A stretch of 64,000 nt of DNA from the human T2T-CHM13v2.0 reference genome, Homo sapiens: assembly GCF_009914755.1 (NCBI RefSeq), contig NC_060944.1; one strand, given 5' to 3'. Below are positions 11,601 to 26,588 of this stretch, piece by piece. The translations under genes were made by a program, and so were the position numbers. A model generated the notes under the pieces. The model made no database searches and was not told where the DNA came from. It worked only from the letters and a program-made list of their open reading frames with translations. Within the stretch, counting starts at the first letter, position 1. Each line of letters begins with the position of its first letter.

Positions 11601-14600
11601 CCTATGTTGAAAAAGGAAATATCTTCCCATAAAAACTAGACGGAAGCATTCTCAGAAACTTACTTCTGATGTGTTTGCTCAACTAACAGAATTGAACCAT
11701 CGTTTTGAAGGAGCAGTTTTGAAACACTGTTTTCGTGGAATCTGCAAGTGGATATTTGGCTAGCTTTGAGGATTTCGTTGGAAACGGGATTACCTATAAA
11801 AAGGAGACAGCAGCATTCTCAGAAACTTCTTTGTGATGTCTGCATTCAAGTCACAGAGTTGAGCATTCCCTTTCATAGAGCAGGTTTGAAACACTCTTTT
11901 TGTAGTATCTGGATGAGGACATTTGGAGTGCTTTCAGGCGTATGGTGAAAAAGGAAATATCTTCCCGTAAAAACTAGACAGAAGCATTCTCAGAAATTTA
12001 TTTGTGATGTGTGCCCTCAACTAACAGAGTTGAACCTTTCTTTTGATAGAGCAGTTTTGAAACACTCTTTTTGTAAAATCTGCAAGAGGATATTTGGATA
12101 GCTTTGAGGATTTCGTTGCAAACGGGAATGGCTTCATATAAACTCTAGACAGAAGCATTCTCAGAAACTTCGTTGGGATGTTTCGATTGAAGTCCCAGTG
12201 TTGAACATTCCCTTTTATAGAGCAGGTTGGAAACACTCTTTTTGCGTTCCTTGGAAGTGGACATTTGGAGCGCTTTCAGGACGACGGTGAAAATGGAAAT
12301 ATCTTCCAATAAAATCTAGATAGAAGCAATGTCAGAAACTTTTATGTGATGGATCTACTCAGCTAACAGAGTTGAAGCTTTCCTTCGAGAGAGCAGTGTT
12401 GCAACACTCTTTTTGTGGAATATGCAAGTGGATATTAGGGCAGCTTTGAGGATTTCGTTGGAAACGGGAATACATGTAAAAAGCAGACAGCAGCATTCTC
12501 AGAAACTTCTTTGTGATGTTTGCATTGAAGTCAGAGTTGAACATTCCCTTTGAGAGAGCAGGTTTGAAACACGCCTTTTGTCATATCTGGAAGTGTCCAT
12601 TCGGAGCGCATTCAGGCTTGTGTTGAAAAAGGAAATATCCTCCCATAAAAACTAGACAGAAGCATTCTCAGAAACTTATTTGTGATGTATGTACTCAACT
12701 AACAGAACTAAACCATCGTTTTGAAGGAGCAGTTTTGAAACACTCTTTTTGCGGAATCTGCAACTGGATATTTGGCTAGCTTGGAGGATTTCGTTGGAAA
12801 CGGGATTACATACAAAAAGCAGACAGCAGCATTCTCAGAAACTTCTTTGTGATGTTTGCATTCAAGTCGCAGAGTTGAACATTCCCTTTCATAGAGCAGG
12901 TTTGAAACACTCTTTTTGTAGTATCTGGATGTGGACATTTGGATCGCTTTCAGGCCTATGGTGAAAAAGGAAATATCTTCCCATGAAAACTAGACAGAAG
13001 CATTCTCAGAAACTTATTTGTGATGTGTGCCCTCAACTGACAGTGTTGAACCTTTGTTTTGATAGAGCAGTTCTGAAACACACTTTTTGTAAAATCTGCA
13101 AGAGGATATTTGGATAGCTTTGAGGATTTCGTTGGAAACGGGAATGTCTTCATGTAAACTCTAGACAGAAGCATTCTCAGAAACTGCTTTGGGATGTTTC
13201 AATTGAAGTCCCAGTGTTGAACATTCCCTTTCATAGAGCAGGTTTGAAACACTCTTTTTGTAGTATCGGGAAGTGGACATTTGGAGCGCTTTCAGGTCTA
13301 CGGTGAAAAAGGAGATATCTTCCAATAAAAACTAGATAGAAGCAATGTCAGAACTTTTTTCATGATGTATCTACTCAGCAAACAGAGTTGAACCTTTCTT
13401 TTGAGAGAGCAGTTTTGAAACACTCTTTTTGTGGAATATGCAAGTGGGTATTAGGCCAGCTTGGAGGATTTCGTTGGAAACGGGAATACGTATAAAAAGC
13501 AGACAGCAGCATTGTCAGAAACTACTTTGTGATGCTTGCATTCAAGTCACAGAATTGAACACTCCCTTTCACAGAGCAGGTTTGAAACACTCTTTTTGTA
13601 GTGTCTGTAAGTGAACATTTGGATTGCTTTCAGGCCTAAGGTGAAAAAGGAAATATCTTCCCATAAAAACTAGACAGAAGCATTCTCAGAAACTTGTTTG
13701 TGATGTGTGCCCTCTACTGACAGAGTTGAACCTTTCTTTGCAAAGAGCAGTTTTGAAACACTCTTTTTGTAGAATCTGCAAGAGGATATTTGGATAGCTT
13801 TGAGGATTTCTTGGGAAACGGGAATGTCTTCAGATAAACTCTAGACAGAAGCATTCTCAGAAACTTCTTTGGGATGTTTCAATTGAAGTCACAGTGTTGA
13901 ACATTCCCTTTCACAGAGCAGGTTTGAAACACTCTTTTTGTAGTGTCTATAAGTGAACATTTGGCGTGCTTTCAGGCCTAACGTGAAAAAGGAAATATCT
14001 TCCCATAAAAACTAGACAGAAGCATTCTCAGAAACTTGTTTGTGATGTGTGCCCTCTACTGACAGAGTTGAACCTTTCTTTGCAAAGAGCAGCTTTGAAA
14101 CACTCTTTTTGTAGAATCTGCAAGAGGATATTTGGATAGCTTTGAGGATTTCGTTGGAAACGGGTATGTCTTCAGATAAACTCTAGACAGAAGCATTCTC
14201 AGAAACTTCTTTGGGATGTTGCATTCAAGTCACAGAGTAGAACATTCCCATTCATAGAGCAGATTTGAAACACTCTTTTTGTAGTATCTGGAAGTGGACA
14301 TTTGGAGCGCTTTCAGGCCTATGTTGAAAAAGGAAATATCTTCCCATAAAAACTAGACGGAAGCATTCTCAGAAACTTACTTGTGATGTGTTTGCTCAAC
14401 TAACAGAATTGAACCATCGTTTTGAAGGAGCAGTTTTGAAACACTGTTTTCGTGGAATCTGCAAGTGGATATTTGGCTAGCTTTGAGGATTTCGTTGGAA
14501 ACGGGATTACATATAAAAAGGAGACAGCAGCATTCTCAGAAATTTCTTTGTGATGTCTGCATTCAACTCACAGAGTTGAGCATTCCCTTTCATAGAGCAG

Positions 14601-17600
14601 GTTTGAGACATTCTTTTTGTAGTATCTGGATGAGGACATTTGGAGCGCTTTCAGGCGTATGGTGAAAAAGGAAATATCTTCCCATAAAAACTAGACAGAA
14701 GCATTCTCAGAAATTTATTTGTGATGTGTGCCCTCAACTAACAGAGTTGAACCTTTCTTTTGATAGAGCAGTTTTGAAACACGCTTTTTGTAAAATCTGC
14801 AAGAGGATATTTGGATAGCTTTGAGGATTTCGTTGCAAACGGGAATGGCTTCATATAAACTCTAGACAGAAGCATTCTCCGAAACTTCGTTGGGATGTTT
14901 CGATTGAAGTCCCAGTGTTGAACATTGCCTTTTATAGCGCAGGTTGGAAACACTCTTTTTGCATTCCCTGGAAGTGGACATTTGGAGCGCTTTCAGGACG
15001 ACGGTGAAAATGGAAATATCTTCCAATAAAATCTAGATAGAAGCAACGTCAGAAACTTTTATGTGATGGATCTACTCAGCTAACAGAGTTGAACCTTTCT
15101 TTTGAGAGAGCAGTTTTGCAACACTCTTTTTGTGGAATATGCAAGTGGATATTAGGGCAGCTTTGAGGATTTCGTTGGAAACGGGAATACATGTAAAAAG
15201 CAGACAGCAGCATTCTCAGAAACTTCTTTGTGGTGTTTGCATTGAAGTCACAGAGTCGAACATTCCCTTTGAGAGAGCAGGTTTGAAACACGCCTTTTGT
15301 CATATCTGGAAGTGTCCATTCGGAGCGCATTCAGGCTTGTGTTGAAAAAGGAAATATCCTCCCATAAAAACTAGACAGAAGCATTCTCAGAAACTTATTT
15401 GTGATGTATGTACTCAACTAACAGAACTAAACCATCGTTTTGAAGGAGTAGTTTTGAAACACTCTTTTTGCGGAATCTGCAACTGGATATTTGGCTAGCT
15501 TGGAGGATTTCGTTGGAAACGGGATTACATACAAAAAGCAGACAGCAGCATTCTCAGAAACTTCTTTGTGATGTTTGCATTCAAGTCGCAGAGTTGAACA
15601 TTCCCTTTCATAGAGCAGGTTTGAAACACTCTTTTTGTAGTATCTGGATGTGGACATTTGGATCGCTTTCAGGCCTATGGTGAAAAAGGAAATATCTTCC
15701 CATGAAAACTAGACAGAAGCATTCTCAGAAACTTATTTGTGATGTGTGCCCTCAACTGACAGTGTTGAACCTTTGTTTTGACAGAGCAGTTCTGAAACAC
15801 ACTTTTTGTAAAATCTGCAAGAGGATATTTGGATAGCTTTGAGGATTTCGTTGGAAACGAGAATATCTTCATGTAAACCCTAGACAGAAGCATTCTCAGA
15901 AACTGCTTTGGGATGTTTCAATTGAAGTCCCAGTGTTGAACATTCCCTTTCATAGAGCAGGTTTGAAACACTCTTTTTGTAGTATCTGGAAGTGGACATT
16001 TGGAGCGCTTTCAGGTCTATGGTGAAAAAGGAGATATCTTCCAATAAAAACTAGATAGAAGCAATGTCAGAACTTTTTTCATGATGTATCTACTCAGCAA
16101 ACAGAGTTGAACCTTTCTTTTGAGAGAGCAGTTTTGAAACACTCTTTTTGTGGAATATGCAAGTGGGTATTAGGCCAGCTTGGAGGATTTCGTTGGAAAC
16201 GGGAATACGTATAAAAAGCAGACAGCAGCATTGTCAGAAACTACTTTGTGATGCTTGCATTCAAGTCACAGAATTGAACACTCCCTTTCACAGAGCAGGT
16301 TTGAAACACTCTTTTTGTAGTGTCTGTAAGTGAACATTTGGATTGCTTTCAGGCCTAAGGTGAAAAAGGAAATATCTTCCCATAAAAACTAGACAGAAGC
16401 ATTCTCAGAAACTTGTTTGTGATGTGTGCCCTCTACTGACAGAGTTGAACCTTTCTTTGCAAAGAGCAGTTTTGAAACACTCTTTTTGTAGAATCTGCAA
16501 GAGGATATTTGGATAGCTTTGAGGATTTCTTGGGAAACGGGAATGTCTTCAGATAAACTCTAGACAGAAGCATTCTCAGAAACTTCTTTGGGATGTTTCA
16601 ATTGAAGTCACAGTGTTGAACATTCCCTTTCACAGAGCAGGTTTGAAACACTCTTTTTGTAGTGTCTATAAGTGAACATTTGGCGTGCTTTCAGGCCTAA
16701 CGTGAAAAAGGAAATATCTTCCCATAAAAACTAGACAGAAGCATTCTCAGAAACTTGTTTGTGATGTGTGCCCTCTACTGACAGAGTTGAACCTTTCTTT
16801 GCAAAGAGCAGCTTTGAAACACTCTTTTTGTAGAATCTGCAAGAGGATATTTGGATAGCTTTGAGGATTTCGTTGGAAACGGGTATGTCTTCAGATAAAC
16901 TCTAGACAGAAGCATTCTCAGAAACTTCTTTGGGATGTTGCATTCAAGTCACAGAGTAGAACATTCCCATTCATAGAGCAGATTTGAAACACTCTTTTTG
17001 TAGTATCTGGAAGTGGACATTTGGAGCGCTTTCAGGCCTATGTTGAAAAAGGAAATATCTTCCCATAAAAACTAGACGGAAGCATTCTCAGAAACTTACT
17101 TCTGATGTGTTTGCTCAACTAACAGAATTGAACCATCGTTTTGAAGGAGCAGTTTTGAAACACTGTTTTCGTGGAATCTGCAAGTGGATATTTGGCTAGC
17201 TTTGAGGATTTCGTTGGAAACGGGATTACCTATAAAAAGGAGACAGCAGCATTCTCAGAAACTTCTTTGTGATGTCTGCATTCAAGTCACAGAGTTGAGC
17301 ATTCCCTTTCATAGAGCAGGTTTGAAACACTCTTTTTGTAGTATCTGGATGAGGACATTTGGAGTGCTTTCAGGCGTATGGTGAAAAAGGAAATATCTTC
17401 CCGTAAAAACTAGACAGAAGCATTCTCAGAAATTTATTTGTGATGTGTGCCCTCAACTAACAGAGTTGAACCTTTCTTTTGATAGAGCAGTTTTGAAACA
17501 CTCTTTTTGTAAAATCTGCAAGAGGATATTTGGATAGCTTTGAGGATTTCGTTGCAAACGGGAATGGCTTCATATAAACTCTAGACAGAAGCATTCTCAG

Positions 17601-20600
17601 AAACTTCGTTGGGATGTTTCGATTGAAGTCCCAGTGTTGAACATTCCCTTTTATAGAGCAGGTTGGAAACACTCTTTTTGCGTTCCTTGGAAGTGGACAT
17701 TTGGAGCGCTTTCAGGACGACGGTGAAAATGGAAATATCTTCCAATAAAATCTAGATAGAAGCAATGTCAGAAACTTTTATGTGATGGATCTACTCAGCT
17801 AACAGAGTTGAAGCTTTCCTTCGAGAGAGCAGTGTTGCAACACTCTTTTTGTGGAATATGCAAGTGGATATTAGGGCAGCTTTGAGGATTTCGTTGGAAA
17901 CGGGAATACATGTAAAAAGCAGACAGCAGCATTCTCAGAAACTTCTTTGTGATGTTTGCATTGAAGTCAGAGTTGAACATTCCCTTTGAGAGAGCAGGTT
18001 TGAAACACGCCTTTTGTCATATCTGGAAGTGTCCATTCGGAGCGCATTCAGGCTTGTGTTGAAAAAGGAAATATCCTCCCATAAAAACTAGACAGAAGCA
18101 TTCTCAGAAACTTATTTGTGATGTATGTACTCAACTAACAGAACTAAACCATCGTTTTGAAGGAGCAGTTTTGAAACACTCTTTTTGCGGAATCTGCAAC
18201 TGGATATTTGGCTAGCTTGGAGGATTTCGTTGGAAACGGGATTACATACAAAAAGCAGACAGCAGCATTCTCAGAAACTTCTTTGTGATGTTTGCATTCA
18301 AGTCGCAGAGTTGAACATTCCCTTTCATAGAGCAGGTTTGAAACACTCTTTTTGTAGTATCTGGATGTGGACATTTGGATCGCTTTCAGGCCTATGGTGA
18401 AAAAGGAAATATCTTCCCATGAAAACTAGACAGAAGCATTCTCAGAAACTTATTTGTGATGTGTGCCCTCAACTGACAGTGTTGAACCTTTGTTTTGATA
18501 GAGCAGTTCTGAAACACACTTTTTGTAAAATCTGCAAGAGGATATTTGGATAGCTTTGAGGATTTCGTTGGAAACGGGAATGTCTTCATGTAAACTCTAG
18601 ACAGAAGCATTCTCAGAAACTGCTTTGGGATGTTTCAATTGAAGTCCCAGTGTTGAACATTCCCTTTCATAGAGCAGGTTTGAAACACTCTTTTTGTAGT
18701 ATCGGGAAGTGGACATTTGGAGCGCTTTCAGGTCTACGGTGAAAAAGGAGATATCTTCCAATAAAAACTAGATAGAAGCAATGTCAGAACTTTTTTCATG
18801 ATGTATCTACTCAGCAAACAGAGTTGAACCTTTCTTTTGAGAGAGCAGTTTTGAAACACTCTTTTTGTGGAATATGCAAGTGGGTATTAGGCCAGCTTGG
18901 AGGATTTCGTTGGAAACGGGAATACGTATAAAAAGCAGACAGCAGCATTGTCAGAAACTACTTTGTGATGCTTGCATTCAAGTCACAGAATTGAACACTC
19001 CCTTTCACAGAGCAGGTTTGAAACACTCTTTTTGTAGTGTCTGTAAGTGAACATTTGGATTGCTTTCAGGCCTAAGGTGAAAAAGGAAATATCTTCCCAT
19101 AAAAACTAGACAGAAGCATTCTCAGAAACTTGTTTGTGATGTGTGCCCTCTACTGACAGAGTTGAACCTTTCTTTGCAAAGAGCAGTTTTGAAACACTCT
19201 TTTTGTAGAATCTGCAAGAGGATATTTGGATAGCTTTGAGGATTTCTTGGGAAACGGGAATGTCTTCAGATAAACTCTAGACAGAAGCATTCTCAGAAAC
19301 TTCTTTGGGATGTTTCAATTGAAGTCACAGTGTTGAACATTCCCTTTCACAGAGCAGGTTTGAAACACTCTTTTTGTAGTGTCTATAAGTGAACATTTGG
19401 CGTGCTTTCAGGCCTAACGTGAAAAAGGAAATATCTTCCCATAAAAACTAGACAGAAGCATTCTCAGAAACTTGTTTGTGATGTGTGCCCTCTACTGACA
19501 GAGTTGAACCTTTCTTTGCAAAGAGCAGCTTTGAAACACTCTTTTTGTAGAATCTGCAAGAGGATATTTGGATAGCTTTGAGGATTTCGTTGGAAACGGG
19601 TATGTCTTCAGATAAACTCTAGACAGAAGCATTCTCAGAAACTTCTTTGGGATGTTGCATTCAAGTCACAGAGTAGAACATTCCCATTCATAGAGCAGAT
19701 TTGAAACACTCTTTTTGTAGTATCTGGAAGTGGACATTTGGAGCGCTTTCAGGCCTATGTTGAAAAAGGAAATATCTTCCCATAAAAACTAGACGGAAGC
19801 ATTCTCAGAAACTTACTTGTGATGTGTTTGCTCAACTAACAGAATTGAACCATCGTTTTGAAGGAGCAGTTTTGAAACACTGTTTTCGTGGAATCTGCAA
19901 GTGGATATTTGGCTAGCTTTGAGGATTTCGTTGGAAACGGGATTACATATAAAAAGGAGACAGCAGCATTCTCAGAAATTTCTTTGTGATGTCTGCATTC
20001 AACTCACAGAGTTGAGCATTCCCTTTCATAGAGCAGGTTTGAGACATTCTTTTTGTAGTATCTGGATGAGGACATTTGGAGCGCTTTCAGGCGTATGGTG
20101 AAAAAGGAAATATCTTCCCATAAAAACTAGACAGAAGCATTCTCAGAAATTTATTTGTGATGTGTGCCCTCAACTAACAGAGTTGAACCTTTCTTTTGAT
20201 AGAGCAGTTTTGAAACACGCTTTTTGTAAAATCTGCAAGAGGATATTTGGATAGCTTTGAGGATTTCGTTGCAAACGGGAATGGCTTCATATAAACTCTA
20301 GACAGAAGCATTCTCCGAAACTTCGTTGGGATGTTTCGATTGAAGTCCCAGTGTTGAACATTGCCTTTTATAGCGCAGGTTGGAAACACTCTTTTTGCAT
20401 TCCCTGGAAGTGGACATTTGGAGCGCTTTCAGGACGACGGTGAAAATGGAAATATCTTCCAATAAAATCTAGATAGAAGCAACGTCAGAAACTTTTATGT
20501 GATGGATCTACTCAGCTAACAGAGTTGAACCTTTCTTTTGAGAGAGCAGTTTTGCAACACTCTTTTTGTGGAATATGCAAGTGGATATTAGGGCAGCTTT

Positions 20601-21835
20601 GAGGATTTCGTTGGAAACGGGAATACATGTAAAAAGCAGACAGCAGCATTCTCAGAAACTTCTTTGTGGTGTTTGCATTGAAGTCACAGAGTCGAACATT
20701 CCCTTTGAGAGAGCAGGTTTGAAACACGCCTTTTGTCATATCTGGAAGTGTCCATTCGGAGCGCATTCAGGCTTGTGTTGAAAAAGGAAATATCCTCCCA
20801 TAAAAACTAGACAGAAGCATTCTCAGAAACTTATTTGTGATGTATGTACTCAACTAACAGAACTAAACCATCGTTTTGAAGGAGTAGTTTTGAAACACTC
20901 TTTTTGCGGAATCTGCAACTGGATATTTGGCTAGCTTGGAGGATTTCGTTGGAAACGGGATTACATACAAAAAGCAGACAGCAGCATTCTCAGAAACTTC
21001 TTTGTGATGTTTGCATTCAAGTCGCAGAGTTGAACATTCCCTTTCATAGAGCAGGTTTGAAACACTCTTTTTGTAGTATCTGGATGTGGACATTTGGATC
21101 GCTTTCAGGCCTATGGTGAAAAAGGAAATATCTTCCCATGAAAACTAGACAGAAGCATTCTCAGAAACTTATTTGTGATGTGTGCCCTCAACTGACAGTG
21201 TTGAACCTTTGTTTTGACAGAGCAGTTCTGAAACACACTTTTTGTAAAATCTGCAAGAGGATATTTGGATAGCTTTGAGGATTTCGTTGGAAACGAGAAT
21301 ATCTTCATGTAAACCCTAGACAGAAGCATTCTCAGAAACTGCTTTGGGATGTTTCAATTGAAGTCCCAGTGTTGAACATTCCCTTTCATAGAGCAGGTTT
21401 GAAACACTCTTTTTGTAGTATCTGGAAGTGGACATTTGGAGCGCTTTCAGGTCTATGGTGAAAAAGGAGATATCTTCCAATAAAAACTAGATAGAAGCAA
21501 TGTCAGAACTTTTTTCATGATGTATCTACTCAGCAAACAGAGTTGAACCTTTCTTTTGAGAGAGCAGTTTTGAAACACTCTTTTTGTGGAATATGCAAGT
21601 GGGTATTAGGCCAGCTTGGAGGATTTCGTTGGAAACGGGAATACGTATAAAAAGCAGACAGCAGCATTGTCAGAAACTACTTTGTGATGTTTGCATTCAA
21701 GTCACAGAATTGAACACTCCCTTTCACAGAGCAGGTTTGAAACACTCTTTTTGTAGTGTCTGTAAGTGAACATTTGGATTGCTTTCAGGCCTAAGGTGAA
21801 AAAGGAAATATCTTCCCATAAAAACTAGACAGAAG

Positions 21836-24800
21836 CATTCTCAGAAACTTGTTTGTGATGTGTGCCCTCTACTGACAGAGTTGAACCTTTCCTTGCAAAG
21901 AGCAGCTTTGAAACACTCTTTTTGTAGAATCTGCAAGAGGATATTTTGATAGCTTTGAGGATTTCGTTGGAAACGGGTATGTCTTCAGATAAACTCTAGA
22001 CAGAAGCATTCTCAGAAACTTCTTTGGGATGTTGCATTCAAGTCACAGAGTAGAACATTCCCATTCATAGAGCAGATTTGAAACACTCTTTTTGAAGTAT
22101 CTGGAAGTGGACATTTGGAGCGCTTTCAGGCCTATGTTGAAAAAAGAAATATCTTCCCATAAAAATTAGACTGAAGCATTCTCAGAAACTTACTTGTGAT
22201 GTGTTTGCTCAACTAACAGAATTGAACCATGGTTTTGAAGGAGCAGTTTTGAAACACTGTTTTCGTGGAATCTGCAAGTGGATATTTGGCTAGCTTTGAG
22301 GATTTCGTTTGAAACGGGTTTACATATAAAAAGGAGACAGCAGCATTCTCAGAAATTTCTTTGTGATGTCTGCATTCAACTCACAGAGTTGAGCATTCCC
22401 TTTCATAGAGCAGGTTTGAAACACTCTTTTTGTAGTATCTGGATGAGGACATTTGGAGCGCTTTCAGGCGTATGGTGAAAAAGGAAATATCTTCCCGTAA
22501 AAACTAGACAGAAGCATTCTCAGAAATTTATTTGTGATGTGTGCCCTCAACTAACAGAGTTGAACCTTTCTTTTGATAGAGCAGTTTTGAAACACTCTTT
22601 TTGTAAAATCTGCAAGAGGATATTTGGATAGCTTTGAGGATTTCGTTGCAAACGGGAATGGCTTCATATAAACTCTAGACAGAAGCATTCTCAGAATCTT
22701 CGTTGGGATGTTTCGATTGAAGTCCCAGTGTTGAACATTCCCTTTTATAGCGCAGGTTGGAAACACTCTTTTTGCATTCCCTGGAAGTGGCCATTTGGAG
22801 CGCTTTCAGGACGATGGTGAAAATGGAAATATCTTCCAATAAAATCTAGATAGAAGCAATGTCAGAAACTTTTATGTGATGGATCTACTCAGCTAACAGA
22901 GTTGAACCTTTCTTTTGAGAGAGCAGTTTCGCAACACTCTTTTTGTGGAATATGCAAGTGGATATTAGGGCAGCTTCGAGGATTTCGTTGGAAACGGGAA
23001 TACATGTAAAAAGCAGACAGCAGCATTCTCAGAAACTTCTTTGTGATGTTTGCATTGAAGTCACAGAGTTGAACATTCCCTTTGAGAGAGCAGGTTTGAA
23101 ACACGCCTTTTGTCATATCTGGAAGTGTCCATTCGGAACGCATTCAGGCTTGTGTTGAAAAAGGAAATATCCTCCCATAAAAACTAGACAGAAGCATTCT
23201 CAGAAACTTATTTGTGATGTATGTACTCAACTAACAGAACTAAACCATCGTTTTGAAGGAGCAGTTTTGAAACACTCTTTTTGCGGAATCTGCAACTGGA
23301 TATTTGGCTAGCTTGGAGGATTTCGTTGGAAACGGGATTACATACAAAAAGCAGACAGCAGCATTCTCAGAAACTTCTTTGTGATGTTTGCATTCAAGTC
23401 GCAGAGTTGAACATTCCCTTTCATAGAGCAGGTTTGAAACACTCTTTTTGTAGTATCTGGATGTGGACATTTGGATCGCTTTCAGGCCTATGGTGAAAAA
23501 GGAAATATCTTCCCATGAAAACTAGACAGAAGCATTCTCAGAAACTTATTTGTGATGTGTGCCCTCAACTGACAGTGTTGAACCTTTGTTTTGATAGAGC
23601 AGTTCTGAAACACACTTTTTGTAAAATCTGCAAGAGGATATTTGGATAGCTTTGAGGATTTCGTTGGAAACGGGAATGTCTTCATGTAAACTCTAGACAG
23701 AAGCATTCTCAGAAACTGCTTTGGGATGTTTCAATTGAAGTCCCAGTGTTGAACATTCCCTTTCATAGAGCAGGTTTGAAACACTCTTTTTGTAGTATCT
23801 GGAAGTGGACATTTGGAGCGCTTTCAGGTCTACGGTGAAAAAGGAGATATCTTCCAATAAAAACTAGATAGAAGCAATGTCAGAAATTTTTTCATGATGT
23901 ATCTACTCAGCAAACAGAGTTGAACCTTTCTTTTGAGAGAGCAGTTTTGAAACACTCTTTTTGTGGAATATGCAAGTGGTTATTAGGCCAGCTTGGAGGA
24001 TTTCGTTGGAAACGGGAATACGTATAAAAAGCAAACAGCAGCATTGTCAGAAACTACTTTGTGATGTTTGCCTTCAAGTCACAGAATTGAACACTCCCTT
24101 TCACAGAGCAGGTTGTGAACACTCTTTTTGTAGTGTCTGTAAGTGAACATTTGGATTGCTTTCAGGCCTAAGGTGAAAAAGGAAATATCTTCCCATAAAA
24201 ACTAGACAGAAGCATTCTCAGAAACTTGTTTGTGATGTGTGCCCTCTACTGACAGAGTTGAACCTTTCCTTGCAAAGAGCAGCTTTGAAACACTCTTTTT
24301 GTAGAATCTGCAAGAGGATATTTGGATAGCTTTGAGGATTTCATTCGAAACGGGTATGTCTTCAGATAAACTCTAGACAGAAGCATTCTCAGAAACTTCT
24401 TTGGGATGTTGCATTCTAGTCACAGAGTAGAACATTCCCATTCATAGAGCAGATTTGAAACACTCTTTTTGAAGTATCTGGAAGTGGAAATTTGGAGCGC
24501 TTTCAGGCCTATGTTGAAAAAGGAAATATCTTCCCATAAAAACTAGACGGAAGCATTCTCAGAAACTTACTTGTGATGTGTTTGCTCAACTAACAGAATT
24601 GAACCATCGTTTTGAAGGAGCAGTTTTGAAACACTGTTTTCGTGGAATCTGCAAGTGGATATTTGGCTAGCTTTGAGGATTTCGTTGGAAACGGGATTAC
24701 ATATAAAAAGGAGACAGCAGCATTCTCAGAAACTTCTTTGTGATGTCTGCATTCAAGTCACAGAGTTGAGCATTCCCTTTCATAGAGCAGGTTGGAAACA

Positions 24801-26588
24801 CTCTTTTTGTAGTATCTGGATGAGGACATTTGGAGCGCTTTCAGGCGTATGGTGAAAAAGGAAATATCTTCCCGTAAAAACTAGACAGAAGCATTCTCAG
24901 AAATTTATTTGTGATGTGTGCCCTCAACTAACAGAGTTGAAGCTTTCTTTTGATAGAGCAGTTTTGAAACACTCTTTTTCTAAAATCTGCAAGAGGATAT
25001 TTGGATAGCTTTGAGGATTTCGTTGCAAACGGGAATGGCTTCATATAAACTCTAGACAGAAGCATTCTCAGAAAATTCGTTGGGATGTTTTGATTGAAGT
25101 CCCAGTGTTGAACATTCCCTTTTATAGCGCAGGTTGGAAACACTCTTTTTGCATTCCCTGGAAGTGGATATTTGGAGCGCTTTCAGGACGACGGTGAAAA
25201 TGGAAATATCTTCCAATAAAATCTAGATAGAAGCAATGTCAGAAACTTTTCTGTGATGGATCTACTCAGCTAACAGAGTTGAAGCTTTCTTTTGAGAGAG
25301 CAGTTTTGCAACACTCTTTTTGTTGAATATGCAAGTGGATATTAGGGCAGCTTCGAGGATTTCGTTGGAAACGGGAATACATGTAAAAAGCAGACAGCAG
25401 CATTCTCAGAAACTTCTTTGTGATGTTTGCATTGAAGTCACAGAGTTGAACATTCCCTTTGAGAGAGCAGCTTTGTAACACGCCTTTTGTCATATCTGGA
25501 AGTGTCCATTCGGAGCGCTTTCAGGCTTGTGTTGAAAAAGGAAATATCCTCCCATAAAAACTAGACAGAAGCATTCTCAGAAACTTATTTGTGATGTATG
25601 TACTCAACTAACAGAACTAAACCATCGTTTTGAAGGAGCAGTTCTGAAACACTCTTTTTGCGGAATCTGCAACTGGATATTTGGCTAGCTTGGAGGATTT
25701 CGTTGGAAACGGGATTACATACAAAAAGCAGACAGCAGCATTCTCAGAAACTTCTTTGTGATGTTTGCATTCAAGTCGCAGAGTTGAACATTCCCTTTCA
25801 TAGAGCAGGTTTGAAACACTCTTTTTGTAGTATCTGGATGTGGACATCTGGATCGCTTTCAGGCCTATGGTGAAAAAGGCAATATCTTCCCATGAAAACT
25901 AGACAGAAGCATTCTCAGAAACTTATTTGTGATGTGTGCCCTCAACTGACAGTGTTGAACCTTTGTTTTGATAGAGCAGTTCTGAAACACACTTTTTGTA
26001 AAATCTGCAAGAGGATATTTGGATAGCTTTGAGGATTTCGTTGGAAACGGGAATATCTTCATGTAAACTCTAGACAGAAGCATTCTCAGAAACTGCTTTG
26101 GGATGTTTCAATTGAAGTCCCAGTGTTGAACATTCCCTTTCATAGAGCAGGTTTGAAACACTCTTTTTGTAGTATCTGGAAGTGGACATTTGGAGCGCTT
26201 TCAGGTCTACGGTGAAAAAGGAGATATCTTCCAATAAAAACTAGATAGAAGCAATGTCAGAAATTTTTTCATGATGTATCTACTCAGCAAACAGAGTTGA
26301 ACCTTTCTTTTGAGAGAGCAGTTTTGAAACACTCTTTTTGTGGAATATGCAAGTGGGTATTAGGCCAGCTTGGAGGATTTCTTTGGAAACGGGAATACGT
26401 ATAAAAAGCAGACAGCAGCATTGTCAGAAACTACTTTGTGATGTTTGCCTTCAAGTCACAGAATTGAACACTCCCTTTCACAGAGCAGGTTTGAACACTC
26501 TTTTTGTAGTGTCTGTAAGTGAACATTTGGATTGCTTTCAGGCCTAAGGTGAAAAACGAAATATCTTCCCATAAAAACTAGACAGAAG
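21836..26588 (+). repeat. Two tandem 14-mer HOR variants (M3-M16; 2377 and 2376 bp; starts 21836, 24213)
   Basis: M16 is followed directly by an M3-type monomer (GCAGCTTTG, ACGGGTATG). The period falls by 342 bp. Confidence 0.92.

Larger units (their letters stand above)
96..21835 (+). repeat. Eight full 16-mer HORs (starts 96, 2813, 5530, 8247, 10964, 13681, 16400, 19117)
   Basis: The period is 2717 bp where M10 carries a 2-bp deletion (GAAGTCAGAG), and 2719 bp in the copies at 13681 and 19117 (GAAGTCACAGAG). Confidence 0.95.
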
